From Piromyces finnis finn (Eukaryota; Fungi; Neocallimastigomycota), in NCBI GenBank assembly GCA_002104945.1, contig MCFH01000005.1, positions 744,001 to 808,000 on the forward strand: a stretch of 64,000 bases of DNA. Direction: 5' to 3'. The translations under genes and the position numbers were made by a program. Below, in pieces: positions 30,373 to 44,898 of the stretch. Under the pieces are notes generated by a model. That model was given only the letters and a program-made list of their open reading frames with translations, was not told the origin of the DNA and ran no database searches. Every line of letters starts with the position of its first letter. Position 1 is the first letter of the stretch.

Positions 30373-31100
30373 TTATATTTGAGTTTTCTTGTTAAGTTGT
30401 TCTTTTATAATTTGAATTTTGACATATGCGAAATATAGGTTTAATACAATGATTGGTACTGTTATTATTATTACGATTACTTCATTAATTTTTTAAAATA
30501 TATAACAAATATAAAAATTGTTAATTTTTATTATTATCTTTGTTTTAAAAATCATAATTTCAAAATCAATATTAATATATAAATTTAAATACATACTCGG
30601 TCCTAATGGGTTATGATATGGTCCAGGTATACCTCTATGAATCATATTTAATCTAATTTCATACATAAAAAGTCCATAAAGCATAACAATAATTGAAGAA
30701 ACACTAAATAATGAACCTGTAATTTTTGCTAATGGCGATTTATTAGCTATTTATATAATTTAATTAATTGGTGTAATTTAGTTGATATTTTTTTTATTAA
30801 TTTTTTTTCTTAATATTTAATATATAAATACGGATATTTACACAATATTGTAACAGCCAAGGATGCTAATATTATTGCTGTACTACACCATGATAAAAAT
30901 GTTCTTTCATTTGATAACCAAACTTTTGGTTCTACTCGCATAGGAATTGCTATTGGTTTTCTTGTATGGCTTTTAGATAAATAATATTTTGGTATAATAT
31001 TTTCTGTGAGAGGATATGAAACATTATCTGGTAAAGCTTCGTTGGATCTTGTCACAACATCTGGTGACATTTCGATTGGTTCTATTGTTTTGAATGCCAT
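30373..31100 (-). CDS. VTC1: Vacuolar transporter chaperone subunit Vtc1 (DUF202, polyphosphate synthesis complex)
   Basis: KPIAIPMRVEPKVWLSNERTFLSW motif followed by three hydrophobic helices and YEIRLNMIHRGIPGPYHNPLGP. Three exons, stop at 30373. Confidence 0.8.
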
Positions 31101-33461
31101 TGGGTAATGATATGATTTTTTATTTATTATTAAATATTTATTTATTTTATATATTTTTTATTATTCTAATTATTATATATATATATATATATTCTCCTTT
31201 ATATGGATTGTTGTTTTTGTTTATTTTTAGTGATTTAAATTATGAAATTTTAATTCTCTAATCTAAAATATAACAAAAATTTTATAAAACTCCTTATAAT
31301 TTCTTATGAATTAAAAAAAATTCTAATTTTAAAAATTATTTTTATATTTAAATAATTTGATATAGAATAATAATAATTGTTAAAAAAAAAAAAAAAATTA
31401 ATGATTTTTTGAAATTTAGATTTCATAATATATTTATATAGAATTGGTTAAATTACCTGTTTATTTATTTATTGTTATTATTTTTTTATGAAATTTTAAT
31501 TTCTATTTCTATTTTATTTTACTTATTAAACTATTATTATTTATATTACATTTCATTTATGTATATATATATTATTGAAAAAGTTTCTTAATTTATTAAT
31601 TACAATTAAAAACATTTATTAAATTCTTTTTAAGTTATATATTTTTTTTTTTTGTTTATGCTTTTATTTAATTTTGAATTCAATTATTAAATTAAATCAT
31701 TTTTAATATCTAAAGAATGCTGAAAACATAGTTAATCTAAATGAAATTGTTTTAGTAATTATTCATTAAATTAATATGTAAATTGAAAATAGAACTATGA
31801 TTTTTTTAATGGATTTTATATTTTTGCTTAAATTTTAAGAATGACTACTGAATTTATTTAGTGTAAACTTTTTTCTTCTTTTAACTTTTTTTTTTTGGTT
31901 AAATTTTAAACAAATATTTTTAATAAATTATTATAATGTATTTTTAAATTTTAAAGAAAAATATTTTATTTTAGGAATTAATGTCTTCTTTTTTTTTTTT
32001 TTTTTTATTTTATTTTTTTTTATGTATAATTTATATTTTGAATAGATTAATGCTTTATTAAAAAAAAAAAAAAAAAAAAAAAAACAAATAAAAAAAATAG
32101 AATATTATTTATCCATATAAAATCACATATTAACACATTTAAAAATCAAAAAGCTATAAAGACTTAATAAATTAAATAATAAAGTTTATTAAATGATAAA
32201 TATATTAGTATTATAAAAATTATTTATGTTATTTAATAGGAGAAATCCATTAAAAAGTAGTCAAAAATAGAATTGCAAATATATATTTATTTTAAATATT
32301 TATGTAATTAATTGTTTTTCATATTAATATTTTAAACAATCATTTATTATTTATTTACTATTATTAAAATACTTATAAATAAAAAACAAAAACGACTTTA
32401 TAATTCTCTTATAAACTCTTACAAAATATTATAGTTTTTTTTTTTTTAAATTGAATTGTAATTAATGAACTTTTATATTTCAAACAAATTCTTTTATTAT
32501 TATTTTATTGCAAATAAACTTTTAGATTTATCTATCTTTCATAATCATAATAATAATATGAAATATTTAAAATATTATGATTTTATATATTTATATTCAC
32601 TATTGCACTCTTCTCATAAAAAAAAAAAAAAAAAAACTTTATTAGCAATGCATCCATATTTATATTGTATATTTAATGTCAGCACCACAATATCTAAATA
32701 TTTCATTTAATATTAAAGTATTGACTTACATGCATGTCTAAAATCAAAGAATTAGTCCATTTTATTATTTACAAAAGATTTATATAGTATTAATAAATTA
32801 TATAAATATTGTAAAACTGGTTCATTTATTTTATTCGAAAAAATTTAATTTAATTTGACATTTTACACTAATTTGAAATATACAATAATTACATAATTAA
32901 TTTATACATAAAATTTTGAGGAAAGTATAAATAGTAATTCCCTAAAATCTCAAAAAATTTTTAAAATTTTAATTAAAAAAAAAAAAAGAAAAAAAAAAAA
33001 CTACTGAAAATAATTATTTTTTTATTTAATTTTGAAAGAATTTTAAATAGATAATTTAAATATAATTCAATGTCTTAAAATCAATAAAAGTAAATATTTA
33101 GTATCCTTATATATTTTTTAATTTAATAAGAAGTATAATATAATTTTAAAAAATCTTTTTTTTTTTTATCATTGTCTTATTTTTTTTAAACATTTTAATA
33201 CATTAGCAACAATAGCAACGACAACATTAAAACAATATATAATTTCATTATAATTAAGTGGACATATATATTTAAGTAAATACTATTTAAATATTTTATT
33301 TACATTTCATATATTTAAAAAATCTCATCAATTCAAAATATGTTTAATAATAATAATAATATTTTTTTTAATATTTTATAAAACCAAATAATATATATTA
33401 ATTATATATAAAAAGCTTTTTCTTTGTTTTCCATACATAAAATAAAACATTATACTATAAA

Positions 33462-36400
33462 ATGACTGTAAAACGAAGAACTTCAACAAGAAATAAAAAT
33501 GGTATGTTTAATAATAATAATAATAAGTTAATAAAGACTTTTTTTTTTAATTATTAAATTATATTATATAATATATTTATAATAAATGATTAGATTCTTC
33601 TGTAAAAAAAAGAAAAATATGTAAGTTAATTATAATTATATTAGTTTTTTATATATTAATGAAATTCTAATAATTATTTCGATTATTTTAAATCAATATT
33701 TTTTAGCCACCAAAAAGGAAAGAAAAAGAATTGAAAAAAATATTAATAATATTGATAAAAATAAGGAATTTACTAATCAATTAACGAAGAATGATTTATT
33801 ATCAATAAATGATAATAAAACAATTATAGATTCTTCCAATAATACTAACGAAATGTTAAATGATAATTTCAATGAAAATTCAAATACTATTGAAAATAAT
33901 GCAAATAATGATGTTGCTAATAAAAAAGGAAAAAATCGTAATAATAGTAAAAGATCCAAAGTCAACCAATTAAATGAAAATGAATCAGAACATTGCAAAA
34001 TTGTGATTAATATTAAAAAATATAAAAAAGAAAAAAGGCAATTAAATAATAATAATAATGAACATGAGCAAAATATACCAAATAATGAACTAATCGAAAA
34101 ACCTAAAACTCCGATATTAGAAAATATAAGTAATCACAACAATATAAATAATATAACAGAAGAACAATATAATTTAGGTAATAAAGAGGAGAAAGAACCA
34201 ATAAAAAAAATAAATAAAAAAAAGAAGTCAGGGGCAACTAAAATTAAAAAGAGAAAGACGAAACCGAAAAACATAGATGATGAAAATGTTAGTAATGATA
34301 AAATTCCTATCTCAATAATAAATGAAAATGGAAGTGTTAGTGAGAATAAAGGCATTAATACAATAATGGATGAAGATAAATCTGAAATAAAAGATATGGA
34401 TAATAATGAAACAAACTTACATAATATTACAACTTTTATTCCAGAAACAATAAATAATTTTACTATCAATTTTGCCACCACATCATCAATTAATGATGAA
34501 AGTTTATATATAAATAATGATACTAATAATATTAATAAAGTTAATTATACCCATAATGACAATGATAATTTAGCTGCAAATTTAAATGAATCAGTAAATT
34601 CATGTAAAAGAAGTCACATGATAGAAAAGGATAAAGTAATTGAAACAGGAGAAAGTAAAAATAATGATATTAAAACAAGAAATTTTAATGACAATATTAA
34701 TGAAGAATATGCAAATAATAATACTATAATAAAAGAAAAGGAAAATAAAAGTTATAGTAGTAAGAACATTAACTCAGCCAATCATGAAAATATAAATAAT
34801 GAAAGTTTGCCTGGCATTAATAAAATCTTAAATTTACATAGTTCTGATATAAAGAATAATATAAATAATGATATAAATAATGACAACAATAATAAAAATA
34901 TCTATTATGTAAATACTATCAGTAATATTGATATAAATAATATCAATAATAATGATAATGTTGATAATATAAATACTATCAGTAATAATAATGGTACGAG
35001 TAGTAATAGTAACAACAATAACAACAACAATAATAACGATAATATCAATAATACAAATACAAATACTATCAATAATAATGCTAATATCAATAGTACAAAT
35101 ACTATCAATAATACTGATATAAATAATAACAATAATAATACTATTAGAGGAGAGAATACAAACAATACTGAAGAAAATAATAGTACTGATAATAATACCA
35201 ATATAATAATAATAAATGGTAATGCTGCAAGTGTAATTGATACCGATAATATTAATAATAATACTAATAATAATATTAATAACAGCACTACTAATAGTAA
35301 TAGTCAAGATGTGGTTCAAATAATAACAGATAGCAGCAACGATGTAAGTCAACAAAATGATAGTTCTAATGAAACAAATTCTGTCAATCAAACAAGTAGT
35401 TCAACAATTAATAGTAGAAACAATAGGATTGAAATCATAATTGATAATTATAATGCTCATTCTACCAATACCAATAATAATTCAAATAATGTAATTGATT
35501 TAACGGATGATGACGTTGTTTGCTTAACTGATAATGTAAATCGACAAAGACCGTTAAGATCTTCTTATCAAAATTCATATAATACAGTTGCTTATAATAA
35601 CAGCAACGATAATAATATTATTAATGATGGTAATATTAATTATAACAACAATAATAATAATAATAACAACAATAATAATATTAATTACTATTATATAGAT
35701 GATAATGTTAATTATATTCGAGGAAATAGTTCTAATAATAATGCTAATCGTCAAAATTATACTCCAACTATCGATTTAACACAAGAAAATAATGACAATA
35801 ACAACAATAATAATGATAATATTGCTGTTACTCGACGTCGTCGTAATTTAATAAGAAATATTTATAACAATAATGCATCTCGATTCCATAATGTAAATCA
35901 TAGCACTATTAGTAATATGAGTTATAATCGCAATTATAGAAGAAATACGGTAACTTCATTACCTGAAATAAGGACAAGCTATACAAGAGCTAATAATCAA
36001 ATAAGAATTATTAGTAATATTCCAGGTATATAAATTTCAAAAATTTTTATTTAAACATTTATTCAATCTTATTTTTTGTAAATATTATAATTAATATTAA
36101 ATTATGATTAATTTTTTTTCTTTGTAGATTTACCAATTCAACTAACTCAATCTGTAGTGCAACCAAATTTAAGAAATAGATATACAGACAGTATCAGTAA
36201 TCACTCTTATCCACAATCTTATTCTAATTCAAACTTACCAGAGGAATACAATAGGCCATCATCGTTAGCTGGAAGAGCTGTTGAAGAAGCTCAAGTGGAA
36301 GAATCACATAATAACAATAATAGTAATATTCAGTTTACTAATTTAAAGTGTTCTATATGTCTTAATAACCCTACCACAGATACTCGTTTGGATAGTACAA

Positions 36401-36654
36401 TATGTGGTAAGTATCACATATTTTATTAATTAAAAATTTTAGATATATTTATATAGATTTATTATTATTATTATTAGTATTAATTTTTTTTTTTTTTTTT
36501 TTTTGTGTGTTAACTAATTTTAAATATATATGTAAAAGGACATGTGTTTTGTCATGATTGTTTAAAAAGAGCATTAAGAGAAGCAAAACGCTGTCCTACT
36601 TGTCGCCATTCTTTAAGAAATCGTTATTCTGTTCATCCGTTATATACTAGTTAA
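33462..36654 (+). CDS. C-terminal C3HC4 RING protein with SUMO-interacting motifs, RNF4/Slx8-like
   Basis: MTVKRRTSTRNK start. A long Asn-rich region carries SIM-like VIDLTDDD, VVCLTD, IEIIID and TIDLT. The terminal RING is CSIC..STICG|HVFCHDCLKRALREAKRCPTC..HPLYTS*. Confidence 0.8.
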
Positions 36655-37236
36655 ATTGTTGCTATTGAATACTAGACATTCATTTTTTAAATCATCTAAT
36701 ATTCAAGAATTTGATAATAGTAATGATAGTAATTCAATAATAAGTGATATCTAAAGTAAACAGATAAATGAATAGATAATAAAAAACAAAACAATCATCT
36801 ACATACAGCAAATGTGTTAATAGTATATATAAAATATAACACCCAGAATAAAAAGTTTTTTTAATTAATAACCACTGTTGATATATTATTAATATACTAT
36901 AATAATAATAATAATAATAATTAATTTTATATTATTTATTTTAATTTCAAATTTTTTTTATACTATTTTGTTACTCTTAGATAGTTAAAGAATTCTTGAA
37001 TATTTTTTAATATTTAATATGTAAAAACAATATAAAGTTTTTTTTTTTTTTTTTGTAGTTAATAAAATATTAAAAAAAAAAAAAAAAATAGTAACAGATA
37101 ATGAAACTAATATTTCATTTAAATGGATTAAAAACAAAACATTATTAATAAACAAACACATATATTTCTTTTCATATGATGTATTATCTTTTTTTTTTTT
37201 TTTTATATATTTTACATCATTTAATACTATTATAAT

Positions 37237-38421
37237 TTATTCGTAATCTTCAACAGACCAATGGCCATCAATAATTGAATCAATTTTTTTTATAAATTCA
37301 TCATCTACTTTCTTTAAAAGAGTTTCTTCTTTAAAAACTTCTGATATAGAATGTGTTTTAAAATCAAACTTATTTTTAAATAATGATTTACTTGGAATGT
37401 TATCAACAGATATAATACTTTTAAAAACATTGACTTTATGATATTCAATACCTTTTTATACATTATTTTTATATAAAAATAGAATTACATTAATAAATTA
37501 TATAAATTCTTTATTTTAAATATTTCGTATAGATATATATATTTTTACTATATTAATAATATAAATACCATATTTAAGCATTAAAGAAACAGCTTCTAAA
37601 CCATATCCTTTTCTTTGGCATTCTTTTTCTATTTCGGATAGAGTATAAAATTTATGGAAATTTTAATTTCTATTTCTATTTTTATTTTTTAGTCACATAA
37701 CATTAATTTACCTGCTATCATTATATCTATTTCAGCAACATCACCATCTTCATCATCAGCTTGGTAAAATAAATTAATATCACCAATAATTCCACCTTTA
37801 GCAATATCATCAATATTTTTATCGAAATCTTTTGCCATAATTAGGAAAATTGATTCTTTTATATTTTAATTTAATAACATTTTAATTTTATATTGAAATC
37901 TATACCATTTTAATATATATATATATATATTTTGCTTAAATATTATGGTTAAAAAAAATTTACTGTCGTTTTCGGTTTCCCATTTTTTTTGCATATCATA
38001 TTCTTCTTCAATGGATAAAGGCTCCGAAGCAGTTAATTCTTTTTTATATTAAAAATTACAATATATATACATTTAATTTTAATAATTTTTTTTAGTTTTA
38101 TTATTATGTAAATGTATAATTTTAACATTAATAAATAAATATGTAAAAAAAATTACCCAACATTTCTTCAGATTGTAACCATTTATGATACATTTCAACA
38201 TGCTTTTTTTTATATGGAATGAGACAAATTCTATTTCCTTTTTATTTTAAATTTTATATATTTTAAAAATTTATTTATTTATTTTTTTATTTTTTTTTTT
38301 ATCATTTATGTATATCTTTACTATATTTATCATTGAAGGTTTTAAACTAATTTTTTTTTTTTTTTTATTTTCATTTTTTACCTTTAATTATAGTATTATT
38401 ATTATTATGGTCAACTAACAT
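37237..38421 (-). CDS. NAT9: GNAT acetyltransferase NAT9-like
   Basis: MLVDHNNNNTIIK|GNRICLIPYKKKHVEMYHKWLQSEEML|ELTASEPLSIEEEYDMQKKW..GGIIGDINLFYQ..|EIDIMIA..RKGYGLEAVSLMLKYG..SEVFKEETL matches NAT9 block by block. Missed by the ORF track. Confidence 0.88.
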
Positions 38422-38960
38422 TTTTTTTTCTTTAATTATGTTTTTTTAAAAAAGCTTTAATAAAAAAACATTAAAAAGACACATTTCTTTTAATTTTTAT
38501 TATGCTTATGCTTATTGGTTAAAATATAAAAACTATTTAAAAAATTAGGGAAAAAAAAATTTTTTTATTGACTATTAAATAAAACTTTCGTTTCATTTCC
38601 TTTATTTTTTATTTTTCCTTTTATTATATTTTATTAATGATAATATGAATTAATATAACTGTATATATATATATATATATAATAGTTACATTGCTAATAT
38701 TTATTATTAAAATGATTATATTATAGAAACAATAATTATAATTACATCAACTATAGAAATATAAACATTTTTATTATTTATAATAAATGATTTTTATATA
38801 AAGTATTTTATTTATACTTGTTATATAAAAATTATAAAAATTATCATTTTATATAACATTTATATATAAATTATATAAAGTTTAAAAGTTTTAATTTTTA
38901 GGTAAATAAAAAATATTTAATACATATTTAGTATTTTTTATTTTTTATTTAATTTAATAG

Positions 38961-40215
38961 TTAATTTTTCTTAGCAACCTTTACAACCTTAACAGTTTTC
39001 TTAGTAGTTTTCTTGGTTGTTTTCTTTGTAGTTGTGATCTTTTTTGTAGTTTTTTTGGTTGTTTTCTTTGTAGTTGTTGTCTTTTTAGTAGTTTTTTTAG
39101 TGGTGATAGGTTTCTTAGTTGTAGTAATTTTTTTTGTTGTAACAGGTTTCTTGGTTGTAGTGATTTTCTTGGTTGTAATAGGTTTCTTGGTTGTAGTGAT
39201 TTTCTTTGTTGTAACAGGTTTCTTAGTTGTAGTAGTTTTCTTTGTTGTAACAGGTTTCTTGGTTGTAGTAGTTTTCTTTGTTGTTTTCTTGGTAGTAGTA
39301 GTTTTGACATTTGATTTACATTGTGAAGAAATATTGAAAGTTGTACCTTCTTGAACTAAACTTTGACTTACCTTAACTATCATACTAATATTAAGACCAC
39401 TAGTATTTTGACATATTTTACTTTTAAGTTTATTGACATTTCCATATGTAATGCCGAAAACAGCTTTTCCTTGATTAAGGAAATTTTTATAATTTTTGCA
39501 TTCGTTGTAATTTACACAGCTTTCATTGATAGCAAAATCGAAATATTTACCAACTTCATTTATCATAAATAAAGAATTTTTTAAACCAATTGATAGTCCT
39601 AAACTGTGAGCAGTATTGGCTAACCAAATTGCATAATTGATTTCATCTTGTTTAGTTAATTTCAATTTTTTATTTTCAGGTTGACTATAACCATCTAAGT
39701 TATCAACTTCAATTGCATCACATCCTTTATTGGCAGCAATTTGCATTCTGTTTTGAATTAAAGGTTTAAGTTCTTTTTTACGAATGTCAAGCCATCTTTC
39801 AGATTCCCAACCGTCGTAAACACTTCCAACTAATCCTTTTACATTATAAAATTTCTTTTTATCATCACGATGATCTTCAATAGTTCCTCCAGAGAAATAA
39901 CAAATAACCTTTTTATTAGCTTTGTGAATATTGTTGATTAAGGATTGTTTAATATTAAAATCCATATCAAGTACGTTGGCCTTTTCTTTAGATCTATTAT
40001 TTTAAATAAAATATTTATATTTCATTAAATATGAATAAATATGCAAAAACGTTATTTTAATTAATATATTATATATCTACTTACAAGTTGAAACTGTTAG
40101 ATTCTAATACATAATTCCAACTATCACCTTGCTTTGGCTTCCATACGGTTTTAGCATCAATACCACTGAATACTAAAGATAAAGTAATTAATGCAGAAGA
40201 AAATGAAAATTTCAT
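38961..40215 (-). CDS. GH114 glycoside hydrolase copy a: signal peptide, catalytic domain, Lys/Thr-rich tail, no TM
   Basis: MKFSFSSALITLSLVFSGIDA-KTVWKP..WNY; one phase-2 intron; VICYFSGGTIE, ERWLDIR, GCDAIEVDNLDGY, FDFAINESC; TTTKK(P/T) repeats to the stop. Confidence 0.9.
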
Positions 40216-41511
40216 CTTTATATTTATATTAGGTAAAATATTTATTTCTTATTTCTTTATTATTTTATTTTTTTATATGAAATATACTATATGAATATAA
40301 ATTATTTATTAAAATAAAAATTTAATTTATAAGGAGGCCTTATTATACTTTAAAATTTTACTTTAATAAACAAATTTTATAATTTTATTAAAACCTTTAA
40401 TTTAAAAGTTCTAATAACAGTAAGATTATTAAAATTAAATGAATCTTATTAAAAATAAATATTATAATTATTTATATTTAACTCTTCAAAGTTAATATAA
40501 ATAATCTTGATAGTATAAAAAATATTTATTTTAAATATAAATATTATACATAAATATACAATATTTATATTTTTTAAAACTTTAAAAAAAAAAATAAATA
40601 AATGTAGACAATCCTTTTTTTTATAATAATATTTAAAAAAATCAATGTTACACAATGAAAGTTAAACTTTTAGCCAACCAATTAAAGTATTATTTTATAA
40701 TTTAAAACTCAAATTAATTAAAAAAAAAAAAGAATTGTAACAATAATACATATTAAAACTTAAATCAATAACAAACTTAATGTTTTAAAAAAAAATGAGT
40801 ATAATGAATGTAAAAATATTTTACTTTAAATTGGCATATTTTCTGTTTTTTTTTTTTTATTTTTATTTTTATTTTTATTTTTATTTTTATTTTCTATTTT
40901 CTATTTTTTATTTCATTTTATTAATAACTAACAATAATAAAACATAAAAATATAGAAACATAAATCAGAATAATTTACAAAAACAAAAATTGCATCGACT
41001 TAAAACCTTTTTTTAAAAATTTAATATATATAAATTACGTAATAATTTTTAATAATAATTATGAGTATGAATAAATTAAATTTTTTTATTTTTTGAAATG
41101 TAAAGTGGATAATTAAATATAATTAAACAAATGGCAAAAAATATACTTATCCATTAAGTTGCTTTGGTGTAATTGATACTTTATTTTTAATAAAACTTAT
41201 TTCAATTTAAAACAATTATATTATTGGAAAATAAAGCATAGTATTTAATATTATATCATAATGATTATAGATTTATATAATAAAAATAAACCACGTTATA
41301 AATATGGATAATGAAAATAGAGTGGACTTTTTTTCTTGTATATACTATTATATATAAGACTAAGTTAATTATTAATAAAATAATAAAATGCTAATCATTA
41401 ATTATAAATTTACACCATTAAGATAAAACTAAAGATGAAATTACTTTTGTTATTTTTAACCTATACTATTCCTATACTACATATTCTTTATACAAAAATA
41501 TATTTATCTAT

Positions 41512-41671
<160 letters not shown>

Positions 41672-42215
41672 AATAAAATAAAATAAAATAAATTAAAATT
41701 TATATAATAAAATACGATAAAGTTTTAAATTAAAATCCAATTACAATACTAAATTTTTTTGGTCACAAAATTTATAATAAAACAAAAAAAAAAATTCAAA
41801 ATATTTAGAATTTAGGATTTATATGTTATTTTCATAATTTATTAAGATACATATACTATTATTTTTCAATAATAATTTTTATATCTAATTTACTTAATAA
41901 ATTCTATTTTTATAATTAAATAAATAATTTATAAATATTATTTTATCCTATATATAAGAGAATAAAAGTATTTATATTTTTGTTAAAACTATATATAAAA
42001 TTGAGTTTGTTTATTGCATACTATATATACTATATAATATAATAAGTTTACTTTGTAAAAAATAAAATAATTTATATAATGATTTATAAATAAATAATTT
42101 AATTTTAATTTTTTTAAAAATATCTTTTATGGTGGGAAAAGAAAAAATTTAAATAAATTTTATATACAAGTGATTCTATAAATTGTAATATATTAAAATT
42201 CTATTTAAAACTCAT

Positions 42216-44663
42216 TTAATTTCTAGTAAATCTTCTGGAAAGTGAAGAAGCTTTTCTTGAGAAGCCTCTTTTAATATTTTGATACTTTCTTGGATTTTTT
42301 TTGAGGAACGCTAAAATTGCAGCAGCACCTAATACAGATCCTGTAATAGCAACACCAGTTACAATTGTTTTTGTATTTCCTTTATTATTTTCAGAGTCAA
42401 TTTGTTCCTTAATTATTCCACTTTCTTTATTGTTAATGTTAACAAGAGTAGAACCATTGTCATCATCTTCAGATAATTCACCATTATCATCGAGAATAGA
42501 TGGGTTAGAGTTTCCGTTATTATTATTATCATTATAATTAGTGGTATTAGTAGTAATATTAACATTGCTATTGCTATCACCATTAACGGCATTATTAGTA
42601 TTGTCAACATTAGTGTTATTTGTGTTGTCGATATTATTAGTGCTACCAGTACTACCAGTGTTATTTGTGTTGTCGATATTATTAGTGCTACCAGTACTAC
42701 CAGTGCTACTTGTGTTGTCAATATTATTAGTGCTGACAATACTACCAGTGCTACTTGTGTTGTCAATATTATTAGTGCTGACAATACTACCAGTGCTACT
42801 TGTGTTGTCAATATTATTAGTACTACCAGTACTATCATTATTATCAGGTTTTTTGCCTACATTACCATTAACAAAAGTTTCATTGTCTTCTCCAATAATT
42901 GAAGCTTGAGAATCATAATGAACATCAGCATCGCTGTAGTTTGATGAATTAGTTTTATTTGAATGACTGACTGGATTGCTATTAGAAGATCCATTTGAAA
43001 CAGGAATATCTCTATTTGAAGAAGTATTAGATTGATTATTACTATTATTATTTGAATTACTAGAAGAATTATTTGAAATAGGCAATTTAATTTGTGTTGG
43101 TTTAACATCTGAAATAGTTTTATTAGATGAAGTAAATGATATATTTTGCTTAGTTGTGGAAGATGGTTTATCTTGTATATTTTGCTTTGAAGTTGCAGAG
43201 GCTGTAATTTTTGTATTTCCAACTGTAAATTTAGATGTTATTTTGGTTTTGAAATCGGTCGTTAATCTAGTATTGACTCTAGTGGTGTATTTTGTAGTAC
43301 GTCTTGTAGCTTTAGTGGTTGATATTTTAATAATAGTGGTTGTAGGTTTAACAATAGTAGTAGTGGTAGTAGTAGTTGTTGTTGTAGTCTTTTTAGTAGT
43401 AGTGGTTGTTTTTTTTGGGATTGTAGTGTTTTGCTTAGATGAACTTACTTTTCCTATATTATTTTTAGTTAAAGCATTAATTTATTTTAATATAATCATT
43501 AGTTATAGAAAATATATAAATAAGGAAAAATAATAAAATTTTTTATAATAATTTATATATATAAAGTAATATCTATTTAACTTTATATTATATTTTATTG
43601 TATCAATAGTATAAATTTACCTGAATTAAAACTTGAACCACAATACTTTTTTCCATCAAAGTAAACAGATTCTTGAACTAAACTACTTCCTGGTTTAATA
43701 ATCATACTAATTGGAAGACCATCTAAATTTCTACATAAAGCTTTTAAGTTACTAGAAAGACCGTTATATGTAATACCTAATACTGGCTTTCCAGTAGAAA
43801 GGAAGTTCTTATACCAATAACACTCGTCACGACGAATACATCCTTCATTAACAGCAAACTCAAAATGCTCACCTACAATATCAATAATATCAAGACAATT
43901 TTTTAAACCTATTGAAATTCCCAATTCATGAGCAGTCATTCCTAACCAAGTAGTGAATTTAATGGCATCATTTTTAGTAAGTGGATTAGACCAACTTTTA
44001 ACATCACTAACTTGATATCCATCGACGTTATCGACATCAATTGCATCACAACCCTTACTAACGGCTTCTTTCATACGTGCTATAAGTAAAGGCTTAATTC
44101 CATCAACACGATAATCAAGCCATCTTTCTTTGGGCCAGGCTGAATATTTATTTCTTACTAATCCACTTACTGCAGTAAATTTATTATAATCTGGACGACC
44201 TTCTTCAATTGTACCACCTGAGAAATAACAAATGACCTTTTTACCATGATTATGATATTCTTTAATGGTTTCAGCACTTTTACCATAATCAACTTCAATT
44301 ATATCTGCACTTTCTTTATTACTATTTTAAAATTTAATTTAAAATTAATTATTTTATGAAATATTTTACAATAATCATTAAATTATTAAAATTATAGAAT
44401 AAAAAAAGATTAAATAATAATAATAAATAGATGTCGAGAAAAATGATAATAATATATAATAAAATAAACCGATGTTGATTATAGTTATATTAACAGAAAT
44501 ACCAGTAATAAATATTTATTAAATCATATTATTTTTCAAATACATACATATCGAAACCTCCAAAAGCAATATTCCATGTCATACTTTGAGTTGGTTTCCA
44601 TCTAGCTTCAGCATTATCTGATAATAATAATGAAGCTAAAATTGCTGGAAAAATAAACTTCAT
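42216..44663 (-). CDS. GH114 copy b: signal peptide, catalytic domain, Thr/Asn/Ser stalk, TM, basic tail
   Basis: MKFIFPAILASLLLSDNAEA-RWKP; VICYFSGGTIE, ERWLDYR, GCDAIDVDNVDGY, FAVNEGC; second intron 43454-43620; TM IVTGVAITGSVLGAAAILAFL then KKNPRKY. Confidence 0.9.
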
Positions 44664-44889
44664 TTTATATTTAATATTAATCAACTAATTATTTAATTAT
44701 GTATACTGTCTTTTTATTTTTTCTCTTCTTTATAATTTTCTTATAATACCTTCCTTTTCAATTTATTTCCTTTTACTTTTATAAATAATAAAATGATTTA
44801 TAAATTTAAATTTTGATTCTGTTAATCTTATTTTATATTATATTTTGAAATTTTCATATAAATATTAAATATGTAATACAAGTTAACCT

Positions 44890-44898
44890 GGCCAATAG
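44890..44898. promoter_or_regulatory. CCAAT box upstream of GH114 copy b
   Basis: GGCCAATAG about 230 bp upstream of the ATG. Confidence 0.3.

Noticed and set aside
32465-32710. 81-aa ORF between VTC1 and the RING gene (also 2141-2341, 40449-40655, 60341-60553)
   Set aside because: F/I/Y/K/N-rich composition expected from random AT-rich DNA; no motifs.
34134-35391. Minus-strand hydrophobic ORFs overlapping the RING gene
   Set aside because: Antisense read of AAT/AAC (Asn) codons.
42590-42830. 45-bp direct repeats resembling a CRISPR array
   Set aside because: Contiguous in-frame coding repeats without unique spacers, in a eukaryotic exon, with no cas genes.
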